This document shows, one piece after another, positions 35,173 through 44,980 of a stretch of 64,000 bases of DNA (within the stretch, counting starts at the first letter, position 1; the number at the start of each line of letters is the position of its first letter). The notes beneath the pieces were generated by a model. That model did not search any database, was not told the DNA's origin, and saw only the letters and a program-made list of their open reading frames with translations. A program made the position numbers and the translations under genes. Source of the stretch: a virus; the IMG/VR virus record IMGVR_UViG_3300004457_000028, positions 39,295-103,294 of that record. The stretch is one strand, 5' to 3'.

Positions 35173-38100
35173 ATGAGAGAATCACCATCGGATTGGTATT
35201 ACAGAAGTCGTAATGACCTTCTTAAGTCAATTTTTGATGGTCTTGACTTGGATAACAGTCTTGGTAATTTCTATTTTGCTAAGATGAACTTAGAAAATCA
35301 CAACGAAACTATACCACAGACTCCGCTGGATGATGTGTGTTATTCAATCCTAAAAGAAAAACAAAGAAAGCATCGTTTTGATAAAAAAACAACAGGTGCT
35401 ACTTTCGTAAGAGGCGCTGAGATGAAACTCGGTGACCACCCATGGCAAAATAGAATGAAAGAAAGACCTTTACACGAAGTAGCCTCTTCATTCCCTCATG
35501 CTGAGTTCGCTCAAGGACAACATTACCCTGAGTCACATCCTCATCATAAGAAACACCATGTTCTCCGTCAAAAAAATACCATAACTCAAAGGTCGGCTAT
35601 GACTGAAAAGTTAAGACGGTTCTACTTACCATCAAAACCCGGTGGTGAAAGTATGTCTCTTCGGCATAAAATGGCTGAAATAGGTAAAGAGCGTCTTGAA
35701 GAAAAAAAGAATAACCCAGCGGTAGTTGGAAAACTTCGTTATGATACAGAATTGGGTAAAGAAGTGAGGCATCATAATTTTCTTGGCCCTTTGAATGACC
35801 ACTATCAACACGACATTTATGAAAATAATTTTCAACAGTGGATGACTCAAAATCGTGACCTTGAAAAAGAAATGATTGACAAGTTTCCAAAACCAGCGGA
35901 ACATGAACATGCTTTGAGACTAAAGCACTTTGAAGACGCAGCCGATGGTTGGGAGAGCGACCAATATCATAGTGAAGCGCTTGACCCAAAGGCTAAGATG
36001 AGTGAGCAAGAGATTCAAGACCATATTTATTCGGGTAAACCTGAGAGCGAACTTGAACCATTAAATCTCAAAGAAAGTTTAGGTCACGAAGGTTACTTGT
36101 ATGGTTTAGAGTTTTTGAATCCACTTGATAGGCATAATGTCATCCAACATCTACACGAAAAAGGCAGTGACCATGCTAACGCTCAAAATATAGAGTTGGG
36201 TAATAATGGTGTAATTAGCGCTGGTCGCATCAAAAGAAATCTTGCTCAAAGATTTACTGGTGAGTTTGACCACTACATGCGACCTCAACACCTACATGGT
36301 GCTAATGTCAAAAAGCACTATGAAACTGTAGACGATATTCCTGATGGTGAAAGTAGATACATGAAATCATCTTTGCTAAAGGCTATGCAAGAAACACCAT
36401 TTGATGCTAAAAACGAAGGAACTACTTCAGTCTATCAAAATCTTCTTGAGGAGTATAACGAGTTATTACATGAACACCGTGACAGTATGGAGCAAGGAAC
36501 TTACGAAGATAATGATGAAAGCGCTTTACAACATCTACCGATAAAGGGAATGATGCAGGGGCGCAAAATAGCAAAGGGTCATGATAACCCGGAAAGCGTT
36601 TTGGGTGAACTAAAAATCCTTGACGAAAAACCATACGAGCATGTTGATTTAGAAACAATGTTGGGCTTAATGGGATATAATGCTGATTTGACAGAAATGG
36701 AGTCACACCCACTACTTCATGGATATGAAGGCCCACTTGTGAGCCAAGAAAAAGTTCGTCAAGTCATAAAAAAGGCAAAGGAAATGTCAGAGGTTGAAAG
36801 GCAACAAAAGCCAATTCGTATGCATGACTCCTTTCATCATGTAGGAAAGAACGGGCCTGACCTCGCTGATATTCCTGAAGATGAAAAGGAACATTGGCTG
36901 ACTGATGAAGATAACAATGTCATGGGTCTTGGTGCTCCATTTGCTGAAGACTTTCACCATCAAGGTGGTATGGGTAGAAATGTGTTGCATAAATTAGAGA
37001 TGATGCATGAAAGTCTACCTAAAGATGAAGATGGCTTTTCAATAATGGGTAAAACCGAAGGAGACAGATTCATCCCTAATCCAAAAACAGTAGGTCTTTG
37101 GGGTCGTTATATTCCTTCTTTGTATTCTAAAGAGACAAGAGAACACGCAGGTCATCACGGTATTTCTTCTCTTTGGGATGCGGCTAACCATCGTGGAATG
37201 ACAAAAGTGAGAAACACAAAGAACATGCCATTCCGTCAAAAAACATCGCTTATTGGTGGTTACTCAAATAAAGTTAGATACATGAATGACGATGAGCGTA
37301 AAGCGTATTTCAACGGCCCAGCCAATAGAAGTGCCATTAGTGCAGACAATTATTTTAACGCAAACCCAATTAACGCTCTTGGTGGTATCGGACTTAAAGC
37401 AACTCAATCACTAAACAATGCAAAGCATTCTCATCGTTTGGCTACCGCTGGTGGTAGACTTCATCCACCACATGCCCCAATGGAAAAGAAAAGTTGGCTT
37501 AGCAAAAAAGAACTTGGTGCTAATACCATACTGAGTCACAATAATAACAACAAGGAATTGTTTAGTATCTTTCAGGGGCATAAGAAAAAGAAAAAGAAAG
37601 ATATACCGTTATCCGCTGAAGCCGAAGATGAACTTGAGGCTTTAGAGCATGAGTATGATGAAATCAGTAATCAAATGATGGACTTTGAAGAAAGTAGCGA
37701 TGAGTATGCGAGATTGAATCTTCGCTTGCACGAAATAGCAAGCCAAGAAGAAGAAATTGAAGCAAAGTCGCAACCTGACGAAAAAAATACATTTGACCAA
37801 GTTACTAATAACGCTGAAATCAAAGACCAACATGACCATGCTGCTATCTTAAAAATGGCTCAAAAAATGAAACCTGCGTTTGAAAAAGCAGACCCTGATG
37901 CTTTTAATCCTGAGTTCCCTGACAAGTTCTTAGCCAACACTTCTCGTTTGATGCGTGACGCTAACATGGCTTTGTTAAGACTACCACACTCGGCTCACGG
38001 TCTACATACTCATGGATATGGTGAAGTTATGGAGGAACACAAAAGTGCCAGTGAGTTGTTATCCGATGGTGAAAATGTAGTATCTCCTCATCACACAATT

Positions 38101-40602
38101 GCCAGCGTCTTAGGTTCTGCTGGTAAAGAAATCTTACCAACTCACTCTCAAGCAAAGGTTCGCTCACTTCTTAACTTACCTGATGACGACGCTCACAATA
38201 ACATGATTGATAGATTACTTGAAGGAATGGATGCACCTGTTAAAGTTCTCCGACATGGAGATTTATTGGGTGCTGGTGTAAGTTATGCTGGAGAAGAAGC
38301 AAACTCTATATTCACAACTGATGACCACCATGAAGCAATTGAATCTATTCTTCGTGGACACATAAACACTCGCCCCTCCGCTAAAGAAGACCCTACAAAG
38401 CGAGCAATAGCGGATAGAAAGTTTGGAGGAGTTTTCCGTGAAAAATACGGTAAATCTCTCGGTCAATTAGAACAATTGTTCCGACCTACTCAACAATCAC
38501 AACTTGACACACATGGTTTATCTCGTCTTCAATTATCTCACCGCAAAGGCAATTACGGTAAAAAAATGAACGCCATTGGTAGTCTAAAGGGTAACATGAA
38601 CGCCCCAGTTAATGACGCAAAAAGTAGAGTTCATGACCTTTACATGTTTGACCCAACTAAGGCTAAGACAATGGAAAAGGTAGTCGCACCTTCTACAAGA
38701 GCGAAAAAAGCACAATGGACTCAGCAACCGATTCACCCCGCCAATAGTCAGGGGGCATCCGTTCAAGACATGTTTATTTCAGGTGGTATGGATAGCGGTT
38801 ATGAGATGACACCGAGCGTTGGTATGGAGTTCCCCGGTAACAAAACCGCTATGGCTGGAACAAATACAGAATCACAATTTTTACATTCTATTCCTCAAGA
38901 AACTATGACCCAACTTCATGGAGAAGAATCTGTTAATCAGGTTCTATCATCGGGTTATCAAGTTCCTGTTGCTACTACAAATATGAACAGAGTTGATGCT
39001 ACTGGTTTACCTTCTAACCTTAGTGCTCAAGCAATTTCAAAGAACGACCCTACTGAAACTCTAATGGCTTTAATGAATCCTGATGCTTTGTTAAAAGGCG
39101 ATAAAGGTAGACCTCCACCCATTCTCCCTATGCATCGTATCTTTTCTTTGAAAGATTTTGAAGCACTTAGAGGGTTTAGCGGTGACTGGGTAGTATCTGC
39201 TTTCTATGACGGACAGCGTATGATGGTTATTCGTAAAGGTAGTCGCTTTACTGCTTATGATGAAAACAATGAAGCAGTGCCTCTAAATGAAGATGACAAA
39301 AAACAACTCAAAGCGGTCAATGATAAGAATTACACTATTGATGTAGTGCGAATGGATAATGACTTACATATCATTGACATTATTGATTATGACGATACTG
39401 ATGTCGCTGACATGACTGTTCGTGAAAGACTCAAAGTATTGAGAGGCCAGTTTGACAGTCACGAGCATGTCTTTGTCCCCGGCCCATACGATACTCGTAT
39501 GACAGAAGAAGGTGGGTTAGAATCTACCGTTAAGAGTTTACAAGAAACACATAAGCAACTATTGTTGCGTGATGCTAAGTCTACATACATGCGTGGTGAG
39601 CGTAGACACCCCAAGTGGTTCTTACTCCGTGGGAATAAGAATGTCAGTTTTATTATCTTAGATGTCCGAGGTAAAGGGCCATACACATACCGATTAGGAG
39701 CAGGGCCACTTGATTCAGAAGGATTTGGTAACCGAGGTGTAGAATACGAAGGTAAACAGTATCTTGATGTTGGGACTGTAAAAAGTCCAAAGCCATTCAA
39801 AGAAGGAGATACTGTTTCAATTTCTGTTTCAGGGGTTAAAAAGCGGAATCGTGATGGTAAAACAATCTACGATGTAACTTCTTCAAAAATTGTAGGAGAG
39901 GCTGATTCGGAAAGTCCAGCAAGTCTTGAGACACTATCTCTTTTGGCTAAATCTCACCCTGTTATTCATGTTCCTTATGATATAACCCTCAAAGAAAATC
40001 AAATATCCATCAATTTTGAAGGGTTAGACGAAGTAATTTACAAGTCAGAATCCAGTCATACTGGAAATTGGGCGCACTCACCTAAGTCTGTTATGGGCGA
40101 GTTGAGCCAGTCCGATTACACTTTACAGTTAGCCGAAAGCGTTAGACCGCTATGGAATCAGGCTGTTTCTTTGATGATAAAAGGAGTAGAACCTGACCAT
40201 TCAATGGACAAGCCAAAAGATAGAAAGCGAAGTGAGAAAGAATCCGCTGGTGTCATTGAGGCTGAAAGCGAAGACAATATCTTGAAGCCAAATACAAAGG
40301 CTATGCTCAAAACAATTACTCGTATTGCTGACCTAACAGAGCGCCTTGATAGTTTGGCTAAAGAAAAAATGACTGGTGGGCCGGGTAGAGGTGGCTTAGG
40401 AATTGATGTTGGTAGTGCTATTGAATCCCCAAGAGGGCCAACCAGCCTTACCAGCGAAGAAAGTGTCCCTGATTGGGACATGATTGAGCGCCCAACCGAA
40501 GACCCCGAAGCAGAATACGACTCAGTTACGCAAAGGCGCTTAAAACAGAAAAATGCTAAGCAGTCCCCTACTTATGAAGCAGAATCGGATTATGAGGCTT
40601 AG
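35173..40602 (+). CDS. 1809-aa protein with C-terminal ATP-dependent DNA ligase-like (NTase plus OB) domain, apparently inactive
   Basis: SAFYDGQR in place of KxDGxR; LLLRDAKSTY..G.RRHPKWFLLR; OB fold with YLDVGTV. Confidence 0.75.
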   Translation: MRESPSDWYYRSRNDLLKSIFDGLDLDNSLGNFYFAKMNLENHNETIPQTPLDDVCYSILKEKQRKHRFDKKTTGATFVRGAEMKLGDHPWQNRMKERPLHEVASSFPHAEFAQGQHYPESHPHHKKHHVLRQKNTITQRSAMTEKLRRFYLPSKPGGESMSLRHKMAEIGKERLEEKKNNPAVVGKLRYDTELGKEVRHHNFLGPLNDHYQHDIYENNFQQWMTQNRDLEKEMIDKFPKPAEHEHALRLKHFEDAADGWESDQYHSEALDPKAKMSEQEIQDHIYSGKPESELEPLNLKESLGHEGYLYGLEFLNPLDRHNVIQHLHEKGSDHANAQNIELGNNGVISAGRIKRNLAQRFTGEFDHYMRPQHLHGANVKKHYETVDDIPDGESRYMKSSLLKAMQETPFDAKNEGTTSVYQNLLEEYNELLHEHRDSMEQGTYEDNDESALQHLPIKGMMQGRKIAKGHDNPESVLGELKILDEKPYEHVDLETMLGLMGYNADLTEMESHPLLHGYEGPLVSQEKVRQVIKKAKEMSEVERQQKPIRMHDSFHHVGKNGPDLADIPEDEKEHWLTDEDNNVMGLGAPFAEDFHHQGGMGRNVLHKLEMMHESLPKDEDGFSIMGKTEGDRFIPNPKTVGLWGRYIPSLYSKETREHAGHHGISSLWDAANHRGMTKVRNTKNMPFRQKTSLIGGYSNKVRYMNDDERKAYFNGPANRSAISADNYFNANPINALGGIGLKATQSLNNAKHSHRLATAGGRLHPPHAPMEKKSWLSKKELGANTILSHNNNNKELFSIFQGHKKKKKKDIPLSAEAEDELEALEHEYDEISNQMMDFEESSDEYARLNLRLHEIASQEEEIEAKSQPDEKNTFDQVTNNAEIKDQHDHAAILKMAQKMKPAFEKADPDAFNPEFPDKFLANTSRLMRDANMALLRLPHSAHGLHTHGYGEVMEEHKSASELLSDGENVVSPHHTIASVLGSAGKEILPTHSQAKVRSLLNLPDDDAHNNMIDRLLEGMDAPVKVLRHGDLLGAGVSYAGEEANSIFTTDDHHEAIESILRGHINTRPSAKEDPTKRAIADRKFGGVFREKYGKSLGQLEQLFRPTQQSQLDTHGLSRLQLSHRKGNYGKKMNAIGSLKGNMNAPVNDAKSRVHDLYMFDPTKAKTMEKVVAPSTRAKKAQWTQQPIHPANSQGASVQDMFISGGMDSGYEMTPSVGMEFPGNKTAMAGTNTESQFLHSIPQETMTQLHGEESVNQVLSSGYQVPVATTNMNRVDATGLPSNLSAQAISKNDPTETLMALMNPDALLKGDKGRPPPILPMHRIFSLKDFEALRGFSGDWVVSAFYDGQRMMVIRKGSRFTAYDENNEAVPLNEDDKKQLKAVNDKNYTIDVVRMDNDLHIIDIIDYDDTDVADMTVRERLKVLRGQFDSHEHVFVPGPYDTRMTEEGGLESTVKSLQETHKQLLLRDAKSTYMRGERRHPKWFLLRGNKNVSFIILDVRGKGPYTYRLGAGPLDSEGFGNRGVEYEGKQYLDVGTVKSPKPFKEGDTVSISVSGVKKRNRDGKTIYDVTSSKIVGEADSESPASLETLSLLAKSHPVIHVPYDITLKENQISINFEGLDEVIYKSESSHTGNWAHSPKSVMGELSQSDYTLQLAESVRPLWNQAVSLMIKGVEPDHSMDKPKDRKRSEKESAGVIEAESEDNILKPNTKAMLKTITRIADLTERLDSLAKEKMTGGPGRGGLGIDVGSAIESPRGPTSLTSEESVPDWDMIERPTEDPEAEYDSVTQRRLKQKNAKQSPTYEAESDYEA

Positions 40603-40643
40603 AGTTTTATTCATATAGGTGAACAGACAGAAAGGGAATTAGT

Positions 40644-42002
40644 GTGTTACGAACTCAGCGCAGAAACATCTCGCTCCTCAAAGCAGGGAGCGACCTCATT
40701 GTTGCAGGTTATGCATCAGTAGAATTAGTTGATAAGCAAGGGGACTTAATTACACGCACAGCACTAAAAGACGCATTCAAAAAATACATGAGCGACCCAA
40801 AATATAGAAATGTTCAATTAGCACACTCAAATATACAAGTCGGAGAAGTAATAACAAATTATACAGATAACCAAGGGAGGATGTGGAAAAGCGAAGTAGA
40901 CGATGCCGGAATGTTTGTAGTAGTAAAATTACGAAATGACATTGAAAAGGCACGAGAAGTAGCATCCGAAATACGAAAAGGCAATTTGGCTGGATTTAGT
41001 ATAGGTGGACAAGCATTCAAAAGAGTAAACAAAAGCGACACCACACACGGCTCATATCAAGAAATCTCAAAATTAGAACTACACGAAATAACAATCTGTG
41101 AAAAAGGAATTAACCCCGAAGCAACATTCAACATACTAAAACAAGACAAAAACAAGGTGAACAAAATGACTGATGAAGTAATGGAACAAATGAACGATGT
41201 ATTGAGCCGCTTAGAAGGCCGACTGGACTCTATGGAGAAAGGAGAACTACCCCCTGCGCTACAAGCCGCTATGGACAAGAAAAAGGGCAAGGGCGACGAC
41301 AAAGAATCCAAAGATGACAAGAAAGAAATGAAAGATGATGACAAAGACGACAAAGAAAAGTCTGAGTTCTCTGATGTCATTACATCTGAATATCTTGACT
41401 GGATGGAAAACACTCTCAAATCCGCTGGTGTGAACACTGGTGCTGCACGACAACACTTTGATGGTGTCGCAAAAGCAAACCTCGGTTCTACGCCTGAATC
41501 AATTGGCGATGGTGCTGATTACTTTGCTGGACAAGTTAAGGGTCGTGCTCAAGAAGGAGGCAACCCATCTACTAACGCAATCGCTCGCACAACTGGCGGC
41601 GGTGGCAAGAAAGATGTCGCAAAGTCTGACTTCATTACAGGACACGGCATTGATTCACACCGAATTGAAGAAGCATACGGAGTTTTCAAGGCTGCAAAGC
41701 AAGAAGAAGAGTTCCGTAAGTCTCTTGAACACAACTTTGAGGGTCGCTTTGCACAAGAAACTCACGAAGAAATCTCAAAAGCACAAGCACAAAACTTTGA
41801 TGCTCGTGCTCCTCTTGATGAAGTCATGAAGGCTCTTGGAGCACTCAATGACCGAATTGACAACTTTTCAAACGGTAACGGCGAAATGATTGCTAAATCC
41901 GTTTCAACACCTGCTCTTGAAGTGCCAAGCACACAAGACTTGGCTAACATGAGTTGGGAAGAAGTTCACCAACTGGCTGGAGGGCTATACCGCAGCGAGT
42001 GA
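40644..42002 (+). CDS. Prohead protease (HK97-type) fused to scaffold
   Basis: GYAS..VDKQGD, QLAH, GFSIGG, EITICEKGINPEA; charged coiled-coil C-terminal half. Confidence 0.9.
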   Translation: MLRTQRRNISLLKAGSDLIVAGYASVELVDKQGDLITRTALKDAFKKYMSDPKYRNVQLAHSNIQVGEVITNYTDNQGRMWKSEVDDAGMFVVVKLRNDIEKAREVASEIRKGNLAGFSIGGQAFKRVNKSDTTHGSYQEISKLELHEITICEKGINPEATFNILKQDKNKVNKMTDEVMEQMNDVLSRLEGRLDSMEKGELPPALQAAMDKKKGKGDDKESKDDKKEMKDDDKDDKEKSEFSDVITSEYLDWMENTLKSAGVNTGAARQHFDGVAKANLGSTPESIGDGADYFAGQVKGRAQEGGNPSTNAIARTTGGGGKKDVAKSDFITGHGIDSHRIEEAYGVFKAAKQEEEFRKSLEHNFEGRFAQETHEEISKAQAQNFDARAPLDEVMKALGALNDRIDNFSNGNGEMIAKSVSTPALEVPSTQDLANMSWEEVHQLAGGLYRSE

Positions 42003-42044
42003 AAACTCACAAAACAACAAAAAAAAATATGGAGATGAAATGAA

Positions 42045-43214
42045 ATGGCACGAAATTATGTAAGAACAGTCAGCGACATGGAGCGATACTACTACGGAGC
42101 AGGTAACTCAATGGGTTACACCTACACTGGTAGCGAACTTCTAAAATCGGATTCACCAATGCTCAGCACAACTGCTGGAACATACCAAGCAATCTACGGG
42201 CGCAAGGTATGGTCACAATTGAACCAAGAGTTCAACGCATTCTCAATTCTACCTAAGAAACCATGGGAACGCAGTGGATGGCGAGTCATTACCGACAAGC
42301 CAAACGCTGGTGTTGTTCACGGTGGTATTGCAGAGAACGGCACACTGCCTGAAACTGTTAAACCTGTTTTCCAACATGTTGCTGCAAAGCCTAAGACAAT
42401 CGCTCACTCTTTTGATGTCAGCGAAGTCGCTGTTTTCCTTGCTGACAAGGATGACGGTATGGGTGACATGCGCTCAGTTCTCAAAGAAGAAATGGGTAAG
42501 CACCACGCAGAAATGGTAAACAAGATGCTTCTCATTGATTCTGATACCGCTGCTGGTAACAACTTTGAATCACTTGACCGAATCACTGCTGGTGACGGCG
42601 CTGGCGCAGGTGTTACTGGTCTAAGGACTGCTGGCGGAAACGAGCATGTAGACGCTGCTTCTAAGTTGGACATCTACAGCATCGCTCGTGCAACCAACGC
42701 TTGGGCTAACGCTGAAGTGAACTGTGCTGCTGATGCTCAGGCTGCAAACCAGCGTGTTCTTTCTCTTGACCACTTGGACACCATTTTCCAGCAAGTTTGG
42801 GAGCGTGGTGGTAATCCAAAGGTCATTCTAACTGGATATGACACTTTGATGCGTCTTCAACAACTTCTACAAGCGCAACAGCGTTTCATGGAGGAAAAGC
42901 GTGTGACCCCTACCTACAACGGTGTTAAGGGTGTTCCGGGCATTGAAGCAGGTTTCATTGTCGCTACCTACAACGGTGTGCCAATCATTCCTACCAAGGA
43001 CATGAAGAAAGACGGTCTAAGCCGTATGTATCTCCTTGATACTGACTACATGTATTTCAGCACTGCGATTCCTACACAATACTTTGAATCCGGTATTGAA
43101 ACTGGTGACCCATTCGCAATCAACCGCCTCGGTCAAGAGGGACTTTACCGAACAATGGGTGAAGTATGGACAACTTTCTTTGGAGCACAAGCGAGCATTC
43201 GTGACTTGAAGTGA
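42045..43214 (+). CDS. Major capsid protein (HK97 fold)
   Basis: Follows protease-scaffold; 389 aa; YGRKVWSQLN, NNFESLDRI, YNGVPII. Confidence 0.9.
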   Translation: MARNYVRTVSDMERYYYGAGNSMGYTYTGSELLKSDSPMLSTTAGTYQAIYGRKVWSQLNQEFNAFSILPKKPWERSGWRVITDKPNAGVVHGGIAENGTLPETVKPVFQHVAAKPKTIAHSFDVSEVAVFLADKDDGMGDMRSVLKEEMGKHHAEMVNKMLLIDSDTAAGNNFESLDRITAGDGAGAGVTGLRTAGGNEHVDAASKLDIYSIARATNAWANAEVNCAADAQAANQRVLSLDHLDTIFQQVWERGGNPKVILTGYDTLMRLQQLLQAQQRFMEEKRVTPTYNGVKGVPGIEAGFIVATYNGVPIIPTKDMKKDGLSRMYLLDTDYMYFSTAIPTQYFESGIETGDPFAINRLGQEGLYRTMGEVWTTFFGAQASIRDLK

Positions 43215-43251
43215 GGACACAAAAACAAAAAAAATATGGAGATGATTTGAT

Positions 43252-43644
43252 ATGGCAACAGAACTAACGATTACAGGAACAGCAACAGCAACCCTTGTGG
43301 GTAACTGGGAACTACGAGCAGGGTCAGCAGACACTTCCGAGTGGCTTGACGGCGCAGCAGATGTTTCATACCCCGGCGGTGGGCCGGGAACTTTCAACGC
43401 TTCTAACAGCGATGGAGCAAACGGCTACGACCCAGCACCTAAGATGGCATTGTTTAATGTCACTGGTGGCGGTGACGGCGAAACAATCATTCTTGGAGGA
43501 GCAACAGCAATTCTAAGCGTTATGGCAACAGACGCTGGTGCAGGAGCAGTAGCAGTCGGAGCATCCTTTACTGGAGTGACTGCAACTCTTCAATACTTGA
43601 GTGGCGCAGCGAATGTCACATCTGTAATGATACTTTACAACTGA
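43252..43644 (+). CDS. Probable capsid decoration/minor head protein
   Basis: Leader duplicated from MCP; beta-rich Ala/Gly/Thr composition. Confidence 0.6.
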   Translation: MATELTITGTATATLVGNWELRAGSADTSEWLDGAADVSYPGGGPGTFNASNSDGANGYDPAPKMALFNVTGGGDGETIILGGATAILSVMATDAGAGAVAVGASFTGVTATLQYLSGAANVTSVMILYN

Positions 43645-43654
43645 GGTGCTTTAA

Positions 43655-44050
43655 GTGCCTACAGTAACATACACTGGTCGCTCTTGGTCTACAGGAAACA
43701 TTGACCCTACGCACCCTGATTTCATTAGGCATCAGCCTCGTGAAGTTACAACCGCTTGGTTGGATAAGTATGCGTTTAGACTTGGTGCAGACTACACAAT
43801 TGAAGGTTACAAAGCCTCTAAAATTGCTGACTCTAAATCTGACTTGAGTGGTGTCCCCGATTCAACATGGGGTCGTGCTGACATCGCAAAGTGGCTTTCA
43901 AACTACGACATCAAGCCAAAAGGCTACGCAACAAAAACCACTCTTCTTTCACTCGTGGAGACTGTAATGAGTCCCGATGGTGTAGAAGAAACTGAGGCTC
44001 TTGTTGAAGAGAGTCTTGCAGAAGAAGAAACAACAGGAGATGAAGAATAA
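43655..44050 (+). CDS. Protein with HeH/LEM-like motif
   Basis: WGRADIAKWL...ATKTTLLSLV. Confidence 0.6.
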   Translation: MPTVTYTGRSWSTGNIDPTHPDFIRHQPREVTTAWLDKYAFRLGADYTIEGYKASKIADSKSDLSGVPDSTWGRADIAKWLSNYDIKPKGYATKTTLLSLVETVMSPDGVEETEALVEESLAEEETTGDEE

Positions 44051-44367
44051 TGGCAGTAACTATTGACCCACGACCAACCTACTTTGGTGACCGAATGATT
44101 GTAACAGGCTCATACGCCGCAACAGATACGAGTATAGTCCTCACAGGTCTACTTGCTGAAATTGATGGTGTTATTGTAAACCCGACAGCAGGGAATCTTG
44201 GTAAGATTAAGGAGATTGATATTGCTGGTGGCACTACTTACGCCGCAGTTGATGGAACTTTCCCTGACATCGCAACCTTTTCCGGCTCTACTATCTCAGT
44301 TGCACCATTCTTGGTTGGACATCAAACCACTGGTGGAACTTTTGTCGCAATTGGTCGTCGCTCTTGA
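44050..44367 (+). CDS. Small structural protein
   Basis: ORF track; beta-rich. Confidence 0.6.
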   Translation: MAVTIDPRPTYFGDRMIVTGSYAATDTSIVLTGLLAEIDGVIVNPTAGNLGKIKEIDIAGGTTYAAVDGTFPDIATFSGSTISVAPFLVGHQTTGGTFVAIGRRS

Positions 44368-44378
44368 GGTGACGAGAG

Positions 44379-44552
44379 ATGACAACGACTGTATCAATTC
44401 TTGGGCCTTTTCCGCCGAAGGATTTCAATGATTCAACCACAACTACTGCTGTAGCAACTGCTATCAGCACCGCTATAGGTGGTAACACTTGTGTATCGTG
44501 CGACCCACATCTTATTCTTGGTAACATTTACATATTTGTCACTACCAGTTGA
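44379..44552 (+). CDS. Small structural protein, 57 aa (not in track)
   Basis: GAGGTGA RBS; MTTTVSILGPFPPKDF... Confidence 0.6.
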   Translation: MTTTVSILGPFPPKDFNDSTTTTAVATAISTAIGGNTCVSCDPHLILGNIYIFVTTS

Positions 44553-44567
44553 GTGTGAGGAGTATGT

Positions 44568-44867
44568 ATGTCGTTAGCCGAGCAATCAATTGACCTGAGC
44601 GATATTGAGCGTTTTCAAAAACAAGGCATTCGTTCCGACGCACAGACTCTACTCGGTAAAGTTATTGACGAAGAAAACCCACTCAAGGGTATTACTTCAC
44701 AACAGCGTAAGCGTAATCTTGAGGCCAGCGATGTTTTGAACATCGGCTCAGGCACTCGTTGCCAACATTGTGGTATGCTTCATTTTATGTGGCGAGAAAC
44801 ATGTGGTAGTTGTGATAAACCAATGGAATACAACCTTGCTTCTATAGACGAGGAGGCGAGAGCATGA
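44568..44867 (+). CDS. Zn-ribbon protein
   Basis: CQHCG...CGSC. Confidence 0.7.
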   Translation: MSLAEQSIDLSDIERFQKQGIRSDAQTLLGKVIDEENPLKGITSQQRKRNLEASDVLNIGSGTRCQHCGMLHFMWRETCGSCDKPMEYNLASIDEEARA

Positions 44868-44980
44868 CCCGTTGCACATTCCTTGATACTTGGTTTGATG
44901 TTGAGTCAAAAAAAGTTGATGAGGATGAAAAAGAAACCAAGAAGTGTTTTGTAACGGGGGATGAAAAGAAGTGCCAATAG
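44864..44980 (+). CDS. Small protein, 38 aa (not in track)
   Basis: GGAGG RBS, ATGA coupling; MTRCTFLDTWFDVESKK... Confidence 0.5.
   Translation: MTRCTFLDTWFDVESKKVDEDEKETKKCFVTGDEKKCQ

Noticed and set aside
35173-40602. Calling this an active DNA ligase or a virion RNA polymerase
   Set aside because: The ligase catalytic Lys is missing, and I recognised no polymerase motif in the N-terminal part.
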